From: Gammaproteobacteria bacterium
Lineage (GTDB): Bacteria; Pseudomonadota; Gammaproteobacteria; HK1
Direction: 5' to 3'
Assembly (NCBI GenBank): GCA_965223775.1
Contig: OZ245021.1
Coordinates: 5,069,517 to 5,133,516, forward strand
Length of the DNA stretch: 64,000 bases
Made by a program: the position numbers and the translations under genes. The notes beneath the pieces are model-generated. The model was given only the letters and a program-made list of their open reading frames with translations, was not told the origin of the DNA and did no database searches. Positions 52,296-61,206 of this stretch are shown in pieces (position 1 is the first letter of the stretch; the number at the start of each line of letters is the position of its first letter).

Positions 52296-52909
52296 CCCCT
52301 TCACTCCTCGTGTTGCGCCGGGCGCTCCGGCGGCCATGACGGCGGGCCGACCGAAGCCTTCTGAAGCCTTCTCGCGAATCGCCGCCGTCCTTTCCCCGAG
52401 CCGGCCGGCCCGGACCAATGTAGGAGACAAGTCGCCCGGTGGCAACCGGAACGCGCTGCCGCCGGGAGGCAGATTCGATTCGGCCGCAATTCAACCTCGA
52501 CCGAATCCGCAGAACGCACGGAGCGCCGTCAGCCGTGGCCACGGCGCGCCGGACGCACGAGTTCCAAGTTTCCGAGCCGTCGCATCGCACGCACTTCCGG
52601 CGGCCAGGCCTCCGGACCTTCGTCTTTCCCCGGTGCCCGGCGTGAAGTCTTCACGATGGCCGCCGGCCGTCAGGAGACACGGCCGGCCGCGCCGCATTGC
52701 GCCCTCCCCCTCCCTCGCGCCGCTCCGCTCCCTCGCTATACTGAAGGGAGATCGGGGGAAGCTCGGGGGGAGCTTGGCGCCGCCCCGTCTCCGGGAGGGC
52801 CGGGCCGCACCGCCGCACCGCCGCCCGCACTCGCGCGCCAGAGAATCCGGGGTTCCCGCCGGGTGCCGCGATGGACCGTTTCCACGAATCCGACTTCAGA
52901 GGATCGAAG

Positions 52910-53560
52910 ATGACCGAAGACGCCGCCCTCGCCCAGGCCCGCGCCGAGTTCGCCGCGCTCCGCGACACCATCGAGCGGCTCGACGATGCGGGGCTCGACC
53001 TCCTGTTCCGGGTCGCCCGCACGCCGAACGCCTTCGACGAGACGCGCGACGTGCCGGACGAGCTGCTGCGCGCGGCCTTCGACATCGCCCGCATGGGGCC
53101 GACATCGGCGAACTCGCAGCCGATGCGCATCATCCTTGCCCGGAGCGCGGAGGCGAAGGAACAGCTCGCGCCCGCGCTCTCGGAAGGCAACCGGGAGAAG
53201 ACGATGGCGGCGCCGGTCACCGCGATCATCGGCTACGACACCGAGTTCTGGCGGGACTCCCCCCGCACCTTCATCCGCGACCTCGGGCCCACCTTCGCCA
53301 GCGCTCCGGATCGGGCGGAGGTGGCCGCGTTTCGCAACGGCACCCTTGGCGCCGCCTACTTCCTGCTCGCGTGCCGGGCGCTCGGGCTCGACTGCGGCGC
53401 CATGTCCGGCTTCGACAACGCGGCGGTCGACGAAGCGTTCTTCGCCGGGACCAGCACGAAGTCGAACTTCCTCTGCAACCTCGGGTGGGGCAGGCCGGAG
53501 AGCGTCATGGGTCCCCGTCTCTACCGCTACGAGTTCGACGAGGTGTGCCGGTACGCCTGA
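52910..53560 (+). CDS. Nitroreductase-family protein, RutE/YdjA-like (malonic semialdehyde reductase-like)
   Basis: RTPNAFDE...GPTSANSQPMRIIL...GYD... RutE-like motifs, about 216 aa. Confidence 0.7.
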   Translation: MTEDAALAQARAEFAALRDTIERLDDAGLDLLFRVARTPNAFDETRDVPDELLRAAFDIARMGPTSANSQPMRIILARSAEAKEQLAPALSEGNREKTMAAPVTAIIGYDTEFWRDSPRTFIRDLGPTFASAPDRAEVAAFRNGTLGAAYFLLACRALGLDCGAMSGFDNAAVDEAFFAGTSTKSNFLCNLGWGRPESVMGPRLYRYEFDEVCRYA

Positions 53561-53788
53561 CCGGCGAGCGCCGCGGGCCGCCGCCGAGTACGAAGGCCAC
53601 CGCCCGGAGGGGCGGAGGGCCGAGCGCGAGGGCAGCCGGCCGCGAAGGGGCGCCGGAGAGAGGCCCACGGGGGAGGGAACCGCCCGCTTTGGAATCGCCA
53701 TGCGAGCGCGAGGAGACATCTCCGGCCGAATCCGGAAATTGCGGTGTGACGAAGGTTCCCCACGAGCGCAAGGAGACGACATCGGGCC

Positions 53789-54850
53789 ATGAATGACACC
53801 GATACCACGGCCTCCACGACCCGCCCACCGCCCGGCTCCGGCTCCGGCCCGTACCGGCTCGTCGGCAGCAACGGTTCGCCGTATTCGATCAAGCTCCGCG
53901 CGATCCTTCGCTACCGCCGCCTGCCCTTCGTCTGGGAGCTCCGCACGGAACGCAACCGGGCCGAGTTCGCGGACCTGCGTCCGCCCGTCATCCCGATCCT
54001 CCAGTACCCGGAGGACGGGAGCTTCCACGTCGATACCACCCCGATCGCCGAGACTCTCGAAGCACGCCACCCGGATCGGCGGTCGATCCTTCCGGACGAC
54101 CCCGCGCACGCCTTCTTCTCCTACCTCATCGAAGACATGGCGGACGAATGGCTCACCAAGCCGATGTTCCACTACCGGTGGGCGTACGACGCCGACATCC
54201 GCTACGCGGGCCTCTGGATCGCCGACGACTTCTATCCCGACCGCACCGGAGAGGCGCGCGAGTCCACCGCACGTGATTTTGCGAAACGCCAGATCGAGCG
54301 CATGCCGCTCGTCGGCTGCACGCCCGAGAACGCGCCGGTGATCGAAGAAAGCTACCGCCGTGTCCTGGCCGCCCTCGAGCCGCACGTCGGCGCGTACCGA
54401 TTCCTCTTCGGGACCCGGCCGGCCCTTGCCGACTTCGGCCTCTTCGGCCAACTGAAGACGCTCGCCACCGACCCGACGCCGCTCGCGATCATGCGCGCGG
54501 ATGCGCAGCGCACCGAGAGCTGGGTTCGCCAGCTCGACGACGCCTCCGGCATCGAGGGCGAATGGTTGGGGGCGGACGATCCGCTTCCGCGAGCGGTCTC
54601 CGAACTGCTGCGGCTCTGCGGGGAGGTGTATCTCCCGTTCCTCGCGGCCAACGCGGCGGCGGCGGCGAAGGGAGAGGACGAATTCGAGGTGGAGCTCCTG
54701 GGCCGGCCGTTCCGGCAGGCCGCGTTCCGCTACCAGGTCAAGTGCCTCGCCGAGCTCCGGCGGCGGCTCGAAGGGCTGGACGAAGACGTGCGCGCGCAAG
54801 TCAGGCGTACGCTCGAAGACGTCGGCGCCTGGGAGGCCCTCGCCGGCTGA
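53789..54850 (+). CDS. Glutathione S-transferase family protein
   Basis: Thioredoxin-like N-terminal domain (YSIKLRAILRYRRLPF...PILQYPEDG) and a C-terminal alpha-helical GST domain. Confidence 0.7.
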   Translation: MNDTDTTASTTRPPPGSGSGPYRLVGSNGSPYSIKLRAILRYRRLPFVWELRTERNRAEFADLRPPVIPILQYPEDGSFHVDTTPIAETLEARHPDRRSILPDDPAHAFFSYLIEDMADEWLTKPMFHYRWAYDADIRYAGLWIADDFYPDRTGEARESTARDFAKRQIERMPLVGCTPENAPVIEESYRRVLAALEPHVGAYRFLFGTRPALADFGLFGQLKTLATDPTPLAIMRADAQRTESWVRQLDDASGIEGEWLGADDPLPRAVSELLRLCGEVYLPFLAANAAAAAKGEDEFEVELLGRPFRQAAFRYQVKCLAELRRRLEGLDEDVRAQVRRTLEDVGAWEALAG

Positions 54851-54922
54851 ATCAGTCTCCCGGCACTTGCCGCGGCCGCGGTAGCGCCGACGGCCCGCCA
54901 ACACCGGCGCCAGCCCGCAACG

Positions 54923-55095
54923 ATCACCGATTTTCTGCCGCGGACGCCAATCTTTCGCTTCGCGCTCCCAGGAGGGCCACGGTCCAGGAAAGGCGGCGAT
55001 CCCCGGAATCCCGCGCTCCCAACCTGAGTCTTGTGCGTAATCAGGTTCTGCCTTGCAGCTTCGCGGCGCCCTCGCGACGAAAATCGGTGAGATAT
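54923..55095. repeat. Palindromic MITE/REP-like element, copy 4 (variant core)
   Basis: GATCACCGATTTTCTGCCGCGGACGCCAATCTTTCGCTTCGCGCTCCCA ... CTTCGCGGCGCCCTCGCGACGAAAATCGGTGAGAT. The arms are shared with the other copies but the centre differs. Confidence 0.75.
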
Positions 55096-55216
55096 GCGGT
55101 CAGTGTTCAACGCCTGATCACAGTCCGGAGATGCCCTTCCGAGAGGAGACGAGAAAAAGGTATACTTAGTCAATTACGAAGAAATTTTTTCGCTTGTCCG
55201 AACCCGACAGTTCCCT

Positions 55217-55516
55217 GTGCCCAAATTCGCGAATTCCCTGCCGCCGCTCGACTGCCTGCGATTCTTCGAGGCCGCCGCCCGACACCAGAGCTTCGCCCAT
55301 GCGAGCAAGGAGCTCGGCGTCACCGCCGCCGCCGTCGCCCACCGTATCCGCATGCTCGAGGGCCATCTTCGGACCGAACTCTTCGATCGCCGGCAGCGCA
55401 GCGTGCGCCTCAACCGCCGGGGGCGGTCCTACTTCGAGGAGGTGCAGCGCATCCTCCTCGACATTCGCGATACCACCGAGCTCCACGGCGATCGCAGGCG
55501 CTTGCGCGGCCGCTAG
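55217..55516 (+). pseudogene. LysR-family regulator fragment (HTH domain only), truncated at a repeat element
   Basis: The 99 aa align with the first 95 aa of the downstream full-length LysR (LPPLDCLRFFEAAARHQSF...ELGVTAAAVAHRIRMLE...RSVRLNRRGR). The stop codon TAG is the first 3 nt of repeat copy 5. No effector-binding domain follows. Confidence 0.6.
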
Positions 55517-55766
55517 CCCCGGAAAAATCACCGATTTCCTGGCTAGCGGACGCCAATCTGTCGCTTCGCGCTCCCAAGGTCGCCGCGGTAGCGGGCCGTA
55601 CTTCCTCAAGCCGCTTCGACAGCGCGAACGCGCCGGTGGCGGCTACGCCTTCAGCCAGCGCGCAAGCGCTCTTTCGGTCCGCGAAGCTGCGTAAGCAGAT
55701 GCGGCCCGCTACCACGGCATTCTGCTTCGCAGCTTCGCGGTGCCCTCGCGACGAAAATCGGTGATT
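55514..55766. repeat. Palindromic MITE/REP-like element, copy 5
   Basis: About 90% identical to copy 1 over about 250 bp, with the same terminal inverted repeats. Confidence 0.85.
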
Positions 55767-55888
55767 CTTCCGGGCTGGAAGCGGAACGCAGCGGGGCGGA
55801 ACGCGTCGCAGGATCTTGCTCTCGGCGCGCAGATGTGCTGCGATGAGATACTCACGTTTTCCCAACGGGCTCCGTCCGGACCTTCGCC

Positions 55889-56803
55889 GTGCCACTCCTG
55901 CCCCCGCTCGAAAGCCTGCGCTTCTTCGAAGCCGCCGCCCGACACCAGAGCTATGTCCTTGCCGGCAAGGAGCTCGGCGTCACCGCCGCCGCCGTGGGCC
56001 ACCGCATTCGCACCCTGGAAAAGCATCTCGGGGCCGAGCTCTTCGAACGCCAGCGGCACAGCGTGCGCCTCAACCGTCGCGGCCGCGTCTATCTGAAGGA
56101 AGTGCAGCGCATCCTCGCCGAGGTGCACGGCGCCTCCGAGCGCCAACGCTACACGCCCCGGCGGGTGCGCATCGTCTCGGTCGAGGCGGTGGCCGAGAAG
56201 TGGCTGCTGCCCAAGCTCACCTCGTTCAGGGCGGCCTATCCCGGAATCGCCATCGAGCTCGAGACCGACCACCGCGGCGTCGACCCGGCGCGGGGCGACT
56301 TCGACGCCTGGCTCGCCTATACCGGCGAGACCGCCGCGCCGCGCCCGGTGCCGCGGCGCGAGGACACGCTGCTCGAGGAGACGCTCTACGAGGAGGAGCT
56401 ACTGCCGGTGTGCAGCCCGGCGCTGCTCTCCGCGCGCGGCCGCCCCCGCGGCCCCGCCGACCTGCACGACTGGCCGCTGCTCTACGACCTCGGCTGGGAC
56501 GCCGACTGGTCGTACTGGTTCGGCTGCCAGAGCCAGCCCACCCCGGACCTCTCGCGGGCTTCGGGGTTCCGCCTTTACAGCATGCTGGTCCAGGCCGCGG
56601 CCAACGGGCTTGGTGCCGCCATCGGACGCCCGATGCTAATCGCCCACGAACTCGAACGGCGCGTCCTCGTGCCGCTCTTCGACCGCCAGGCCGGGGCGCC
56701 GGAGCGCTGCTGCCTGATCACTACCGCCGCCTCCCGGCAGCGGCCCGAGCTGCGGGCGTTTCGGGAATGGATCCTGCGCCAGGCGAGGGCGGCGGCCGTG
56801 TGA
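55889..56803 (+). CDS. LysR-family transcriptional regulator (GcvA-like)
   Basis: 304 aa from a GTG start. Contains an N-terminal HTH (LESLRFFEAAARHQSYVLAGKELGVTAAAVGHRIRTLE) and a C-terminal substrate-binding domain. Confidence 0.85.
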   Translation: MPLLPPLESLRFFEAAARHQSYVLAGKELGVTAAAVGHRIRTLEKHLGAELFERQRHSVRLNRRGRVYLKEVQRILAEVHGASERQRYTPRRVRIVSVEAVAEKWLLPKLTSFRAAYPGIAIELETDHRGVDPARGDFDAWLAYTGETAAPRPVPRREDTLLEETLYEEELLPVCSPALLSARGRPRGPADLHDWPLLYDLGWDADWSYWFGCQSQPTPDLSRASGFRLYSMLVQAAANGLGAAIGRPMLIAHELERRVLVPLFDRQAGAPERCCLITTAASRQRPELRAFREWILRQARAAAV

Positions 56804-56860
56804 CGCTCGGCGGCGGCGTCGAGCTCGCCGCGCACCGAACATGTGGCGCGGGCGGCGAGC

Positions 56861-57676
56861 TCAAGCAAGCCAACGCTTGCGGCGCCGGTAATGCTTGACA
56901 TCGCGGTAACTGCGGCGGCCGCCGACGGAAAGCCCAAGGTGGAATTCCTTGACATCCTCGTTTTCTCTCAGAGTCTCCGCCTCGCCGTCGAGGACGACGC
57001 GGCCGTTCTCGAGGATGTAACCGTACGATGCGTAACGTAGCGCGATCGCGGCGTTTTGTTCCGCGAGCAAGACGCTCACCTCTTCCTTTGCGTTGAGCTG
57101 GCTGACAATCGTGAAGATCTCGTCGACGAGCTGAGGGGCAAGTCCCATCGACGGTTCATCGAGCAAAATGAGTCTGGGGTGTGCCATCAGCGCCCGGCCG
57201 ATGGCCGTCATCTGCTGCTCACCGCCCGAGACATAACCGGCCTGACTCCTGCGGCGATCACGAAGCGCGGGAAAGTAGCTGTAGACCATTTCAAGATCCC
57301 GCACCAATTCGGCACGATTACTCTTGCGGGTATAGGCACCGGTGCGCAGGTTTTCCTCTACGGTCAAGTGCTCGAAGCAGCGACGACCTTCCATGACCTG
57401 AATGAGACCCTGCTCGACCAGATCGGCTGGATCGATGCCCTTCGTGCGCCGACCGCGGTACTCGATGGTGCCCTTTACGACCTCGCCGCGCTCGGACTGG
57501 AGCAGATTCGATATCGCCTTGAGCGTGGTGGTCTTTCCGGCGCCGTTGGCTCCGAGGAGGGCAATGATGCCCCCCTCGAAGACCTCGAGCGAAACACCCT
57601 TGAGCACCAGAATCACGTGATCGTAGATGACCTCGATGTTGTTGATGCTCAGACGGACGGGGGCATTTGCGCTCAC
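56861..57676 (-). CDS. livF: Branched-chain amino acid-type ABC transporter ATP-binding protein, LivF-like
   Basis: GANGAGKTT, VSGGEQQMTAIGRAL and LLDEPSMGLAP. Confidence 0.85.
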   Translation of the reverse strand: MSANAPVRLSINNIEVIYDHVILVLKGVSLEVFEGGIIALLGANGAGKTTTLKAISNLLQSERGEVVKGTIEYRGRRTKGIDPADLVEQGLIQVMEGRRCFEHLTVEENLRTGAYTRKSNRAELVRDLEMVYSYFPALRDRRRSQAGYVSGGEQQMTAIGRALMAHPRLILLDEPSMGLAPQLVDEIFTIVSQLNAKEEVSVLLAEQNAAIALRYASYGYILENGRVVLDGEAETLRENEDVKEFHLGLSVGGRRSYRDVKHYRRRKRWLA

Positions 57677-57680
57677 GGCG

Positions 57681-58385
57681 TCACCTTCCCTTGTTCAGGA
57701 CCTCGACCATTCCCTTGTTCAAGGGCACTCGGAGCCGAGCGACATCTCCGTACGCAGTGTGATGCCCTTCTCGCTCGCGTACTTTGCGGCGGAGGTCTCG
57801 ACCATCGGGCGCACGATCTCCCCCGTAGCTCGACTCGTGGTAGAGATTGGCGATCTTCAAGCCCGAGAGCTTGTCCATGCCGCCCTCTTTCATCCCGATA
57901 TATTTGATTTTCGCGGTATTCTGGCTCCAGTAGTTGGTCACGAGGGGAAAGATGTACGGAAACACGCGGCCGTCGCTCGCGTCCGTGCGACCGTATCCCA
58001 TCGAGATGACCGGGATCTTGTCGGCCGTCGCACGCTCGATGAGCCGGTAGGTGATACCGGTGCTCAGCGGCTGGACGATGCTTGCGCCCGTCGGGCCGGA
58101 GTTCTTGAGCCGCTCGTAGCACTCGACACCGCGATCGGAGTTGTAGGCGGTCTCGCATTCCTCCCAGGTCAGCGTGACCCCGCCGACGCCGCCATCGCGC
58201 AGATTGAGCAGCGTGTAGTAGTCCTCGATGCCGCCGAAGAAGCCGGTACCGCCCGCTGCGTAGGGCCCGGTTCGATGGACGAGCATGGGAAAGAACTGCT
58301 CGCTGTCCGCCGCCGGAACGGTGGCGAACGGCGTCGCCGCCAGTATTGCGGCAGCCAGGAAACTGAGTCCGATTCTGGTTTTCAT
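57681..58385 (-). pseudogene. Type I periplasmic binding protein (LivK-like), N-terminal fragment only
   Basis: Signal peptide (MKTRIGLSFLAAAILAATPFA) and the first lobe, then loss of similarity about 190 aa in. A +1 homopolymer shift (CCCCC at about 57820-57824) recovers only about 35 more SBP-like residues. The livF start follows 4 bp later, so the C-terminal half is deleted. Confidence 0.6.
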
Positions 58386-59363
58386 GAACGCTTCTCCTGT
58401 AAGTCGTTTCTGGTCACGCAGACACGGTTCTTCCTGCGAACGTGGGCTCGCAGGAAGCCGAAGCGAACCGCTCGGCGGCGGTTCTGGTACGCAAATGGCC
58501 ATGTGCGCATCTTTTTTTTGCCGATTTCCCACAACCGCGCGAGGCCGTTCGGCTCAACGATCAGGAACAAGATGATCACGCTGCCGAATATGATGAGCTC
58601 CAGGTTCGACAGCACGTCGCTCGACATCGTCCCGCCTGCAAACGTCGACGAGAGCGTATTCAGCACGACCGGCATCAGCACGATGAACGCCGCCCCGAGA
58701 AACGACCCCATGACACTTCCCAGCCCGCCGATGATGATCATGAAAAGGATCTGGAACGAGCGCGCCAGATCGAAGGCCTCGGTATCGGCATTGCCGACAT
58801 ACGTGAACACGTAGAGGCTGCCGGCCACGCCGCAGTAGAACGAACTGACCGCAAAGGCGAGCAGCTTCCCTCGGAGAAGCTGGACGCCGATGATCTCCGC
58901 CGCAATGTCCATGTCGCGGATCGCCATCCAGGTTCGCCCGGTAGGGCTGCGGATCATGTTCTTCGCCAGCAGCGCGAGTAGCACCACGACCGCCAGGGTC
59001 ACGAGGAATTTCGTCTCGGCGGTTGCGTTGGGCCCCGAGACGACGACGTTCAGCGGGGCCAGGAAGGCCAGGGGGCCTCCCTTCGGTCGCGAACGACCCG
59101 AGCAGGGTCCGCGTCGGGGCCGAGGCGACGCCGGCCGGGTCGTAGTTCGTGAACCAGCCAACATGGTCAAACAGCCACAGCAGGAAGAACTGCGCCGCGA
59201 GCGTCGCCACTGCGAGGTAAAAGCCCTTGATCCGCAGGCTTGGCAATCCGAAGACGATGCCGACCATGGCTGCAAACAGGCCGGCAATGAAGAAATCGAG
59301 AACCAGAGGGAGCTCCGGCAATCTGAGCGCGAGGTTGTAGCACGCGTATGCTCCGACGGCCAT
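58382..59363 (-). pseudogene. LivM-like permease. It has lost its N-terminal 150 aa and carries an internal frameshift
   Basis: The ORF 58554..59363 encodes LivM residues about 150-245 (AVGAYACYNL...LRIKGFYLAVATL). The C-terminal part (PLAFLAPLNVVV...IRDMDIAAEIIGV...GGLGSVMGS) continues in the frame of ORF 58382..59956. The frames join at a five-base homopolymer (GGGGG on the + strand) at 59071-59075. Confidence 0.65.
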
Positions 59364-59403
59364 GAGTAAGCGGGCAATCTGAGCCGTACTTGTCGCCTGG
59401 CTG

Positions 59404-59694
59404 TCAGTGTGAAGGTGGGTCGTGGTTGTGGTGCCCGAGGGCGGAGGGCAAGGGGTCGTGAGCGAAGAGCGACTTCCACATTCGTGGGGTGAGTTCGCGG
59501 ACGCGCTTGGTCGGATGCTCGCTGATGCGCTGCAGGACGTCGACCAGGTAGGTGTAGGGGTCCACGCCGTGCAGCCGGCAGGTGACCAGCAGACTCTGGA
59601 TGATACCCACCCGGCGGGCGCCGACCTCGGTGGAGGTGAACAGCCAGTTTCGTTTTCCCATGGGAATCGGAGGTAGTCGCGGCATGGCTCGGAA
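59404..59694 (-). mobile_element. IS66-family transposase C-terminal remnant (about 96 codons)
   Basis: RLPPIPMGKRNWLFTSTEVGARRVGIIQSLLVTCRLHGVDPYTYLVDVLQRISEHPTKRVRELTPRMW matches the IS66 TnpC C-terminal region. It is fused in frame to the LivH N-terminal fragment in ORF 59404..60072. Confidence 0.7.
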
Positions 59695-59958
59695 ACGCCG
59701 TGTCAGGAGGAACACGGCGGATACGGCGGCAAGCGCGATCGAAAGCCAGCCCGTCCAGTCCCAGAACGCGCCGGCCGCGCCGAATTCGAGCAGCAGCACG
59801 AAGGTCAGCGCGGCGAACAGGACCAGCGCGCCCTGGGCAAAGTTGAACACGCCCGACGCCTTGAAGATGAGGACGAACCCCAAGGCGACCAGCGAGTACA
59901 TGATCCCGGACAGGGCGCCTCCGATTACCACCTCGAGAAAGAACGCTACGGACCACAT
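59695..59958 (-). pseudogene. LivH-like permease N-terminal fragment (about 88 aa), truncated by the IS66 remnant
   Basis: MWSVAFFLEVVIGGALSGIMYSLVALGFVLIFKASGVFNFAQGALV... matches the LivH N-terminus. The rest of the gene is replaced by IS66-derived sequence. Confidence 0.6.
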
Positions 59959-60001
59959 GGCTCGTTCACGTTTCGTTCGACCCGGCGCCCATCGAAAGGC
60001 G

Positions 60002-61195
60002 CTAACCCTGACCCAGGTACGCCCGCACCACGACCGGGTCGGTGCGCACATCGTCCGGCTTGCCCTCGGCAATCTTCTCGCCGTGATCGAGCACGACCAC
60101 GATGTCGGAGATGTCCATGACCACGCTCATGTCGTGTTCGATGAGAATCATCGTCGTGCCCCATTCCTCGTTGATGTCGAGAATGAAACGGGCCATGTCC
60201 TCCTTTTCCTCGACGTTCATGCCCGCCATCAGCTCGTCCAGCAGGAGCACGGTCGGCTCCATCGCCAGGGCGCGGCCAAGCTCGACCCGCTTCTGGATTC
60301 CGTAGGGAAGACGGCCGACCGGCACGTTGCGGTATTCCTGGATCTCCAGGAAATCGATGATTCCTTCGACGTGCTTTCGGTTGCGGATCTCTTCGCGTTG
60401 GGCCCATCCCCAATACACCGCGTTCCAGAGGAAGTTGCTCCCGGTCTTGAGCAGCCGGCCGGACATGATGTTGTCCAGCGTTGTCATACCCTTGAACAGG
60501 GCGATGTTCTGAAAGGTCCGCCCGAAACCGAGCCGGGCGACGGCATTGGGAGCGAGACGGGTGCGATCGTTGCCCTCGAACACGATGCGGCCGGTGTTGG
60601 GGCGGTAAAAGCCGCTGATGACGTTGAGCATGGAGGTCTTGCCCGCGCCGTTGGGGCCGATGATCGAGAAGATCTCGCCGCGGTCGATCTCGAAGGTGAC
60701 CCCCTGCAGGGCGCGTATGCCGCCAAAACGCAGATGGATGTCCTCGACGCCGAGAAACGACGCGGTGGCCGACGGTGCGCCCAGATCGCGGCGTCGCCGC
60801 TTCCTGTCCATCAGTGCAACAAGCGCCTGGTCGCGCGTCTCGAAGAGATTCGCGCGAAACCGTTCTTCTCGCGCGCGCTCGCGAATCGTCTCGCGGGTCT
60901 CCTCGGTGGCGCTCACCCGGACCGTTCCGAGGCTGAACGCAATGTTCGATTGCTTTCCCCGGGCGGCGAACCGAGTCCACACGCCGGGGACGATCACGCA
61001 CCCGGCGTAGTTGACAAGGAAGTACCAGCGACGTCCCGACGCCGCGAGCTGGCGGTCGACCTCGTCGTAGAAATTGTCGATCTCACCGTGGCTGGTGAAA
61101 TGAAGCGAGGAGAAATCGACCTCCATCACGTCCAGGGCGTCGTGAAACACAACGCGGCCCCGGATCGTCTTGTCCGTCACTGCCTGTGCTTCCAT
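60002..61195 (-). CDS. livG: LivG-like ABC ATP-binding protein with a roughly 140-aa N-terminal extension of unknown function
   Basis: An ATG at 61195 lies 11 nt after the acyl-CoA ligase stop. Residues 1-140 (MEAQAVTDKTIRGRVVFHDALDVMEVDFSSLHF...RRWYFLVNYAGCVIVPGVW...) have no domain I recognise. They are followed by a canonical NBD (GPNGAGKTS, LPYGIQKRVELGRAL, LLLDELMAGMN). Confidence 0.7.
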   Translation of the reverse strand: MEAQAVTDKTIRGRVVFHDALDVMEVDFSSLHFTSHGEIDNFYDEVDRQLAASGRRWYFLVNYAGCVIVPGVWTRFAARGKQSNIAFSLGTVRVSATEETRETIRERAREERFRANLFETRDQALVALMDRKRRRRDLGAPSATASFLGVEDIHLRFGGIRALQGVTFEIDRGEIFSIIGPNGAGKTSMLNVISGFYRPNTGRIVFEGNDRTRLAPNAVARLGFGRTFQNIALFKGMTTLDNIMSGRLLKTGSNFLWNAVYWGWAQREEIRNRKHVEGIIDFLEIQEYRNVPVGRLPYGIQKRVELGRALAMEPTVLLLDELMAGMNVEEKEDMARFILDINEEWGTTMILIEHDMSVVMDISDIVVVLDHGEKIAEGKPDDVRTDPVVVRAYLGQG

Positions 61196-61206
61196 TGCCC
61201 GGCCCG

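Noticed and set aside
52736-54904. 722-aa minus-strand ORF
   Set aside because: Antisense to the RutE-like and GST genes. No domains and biased composition.
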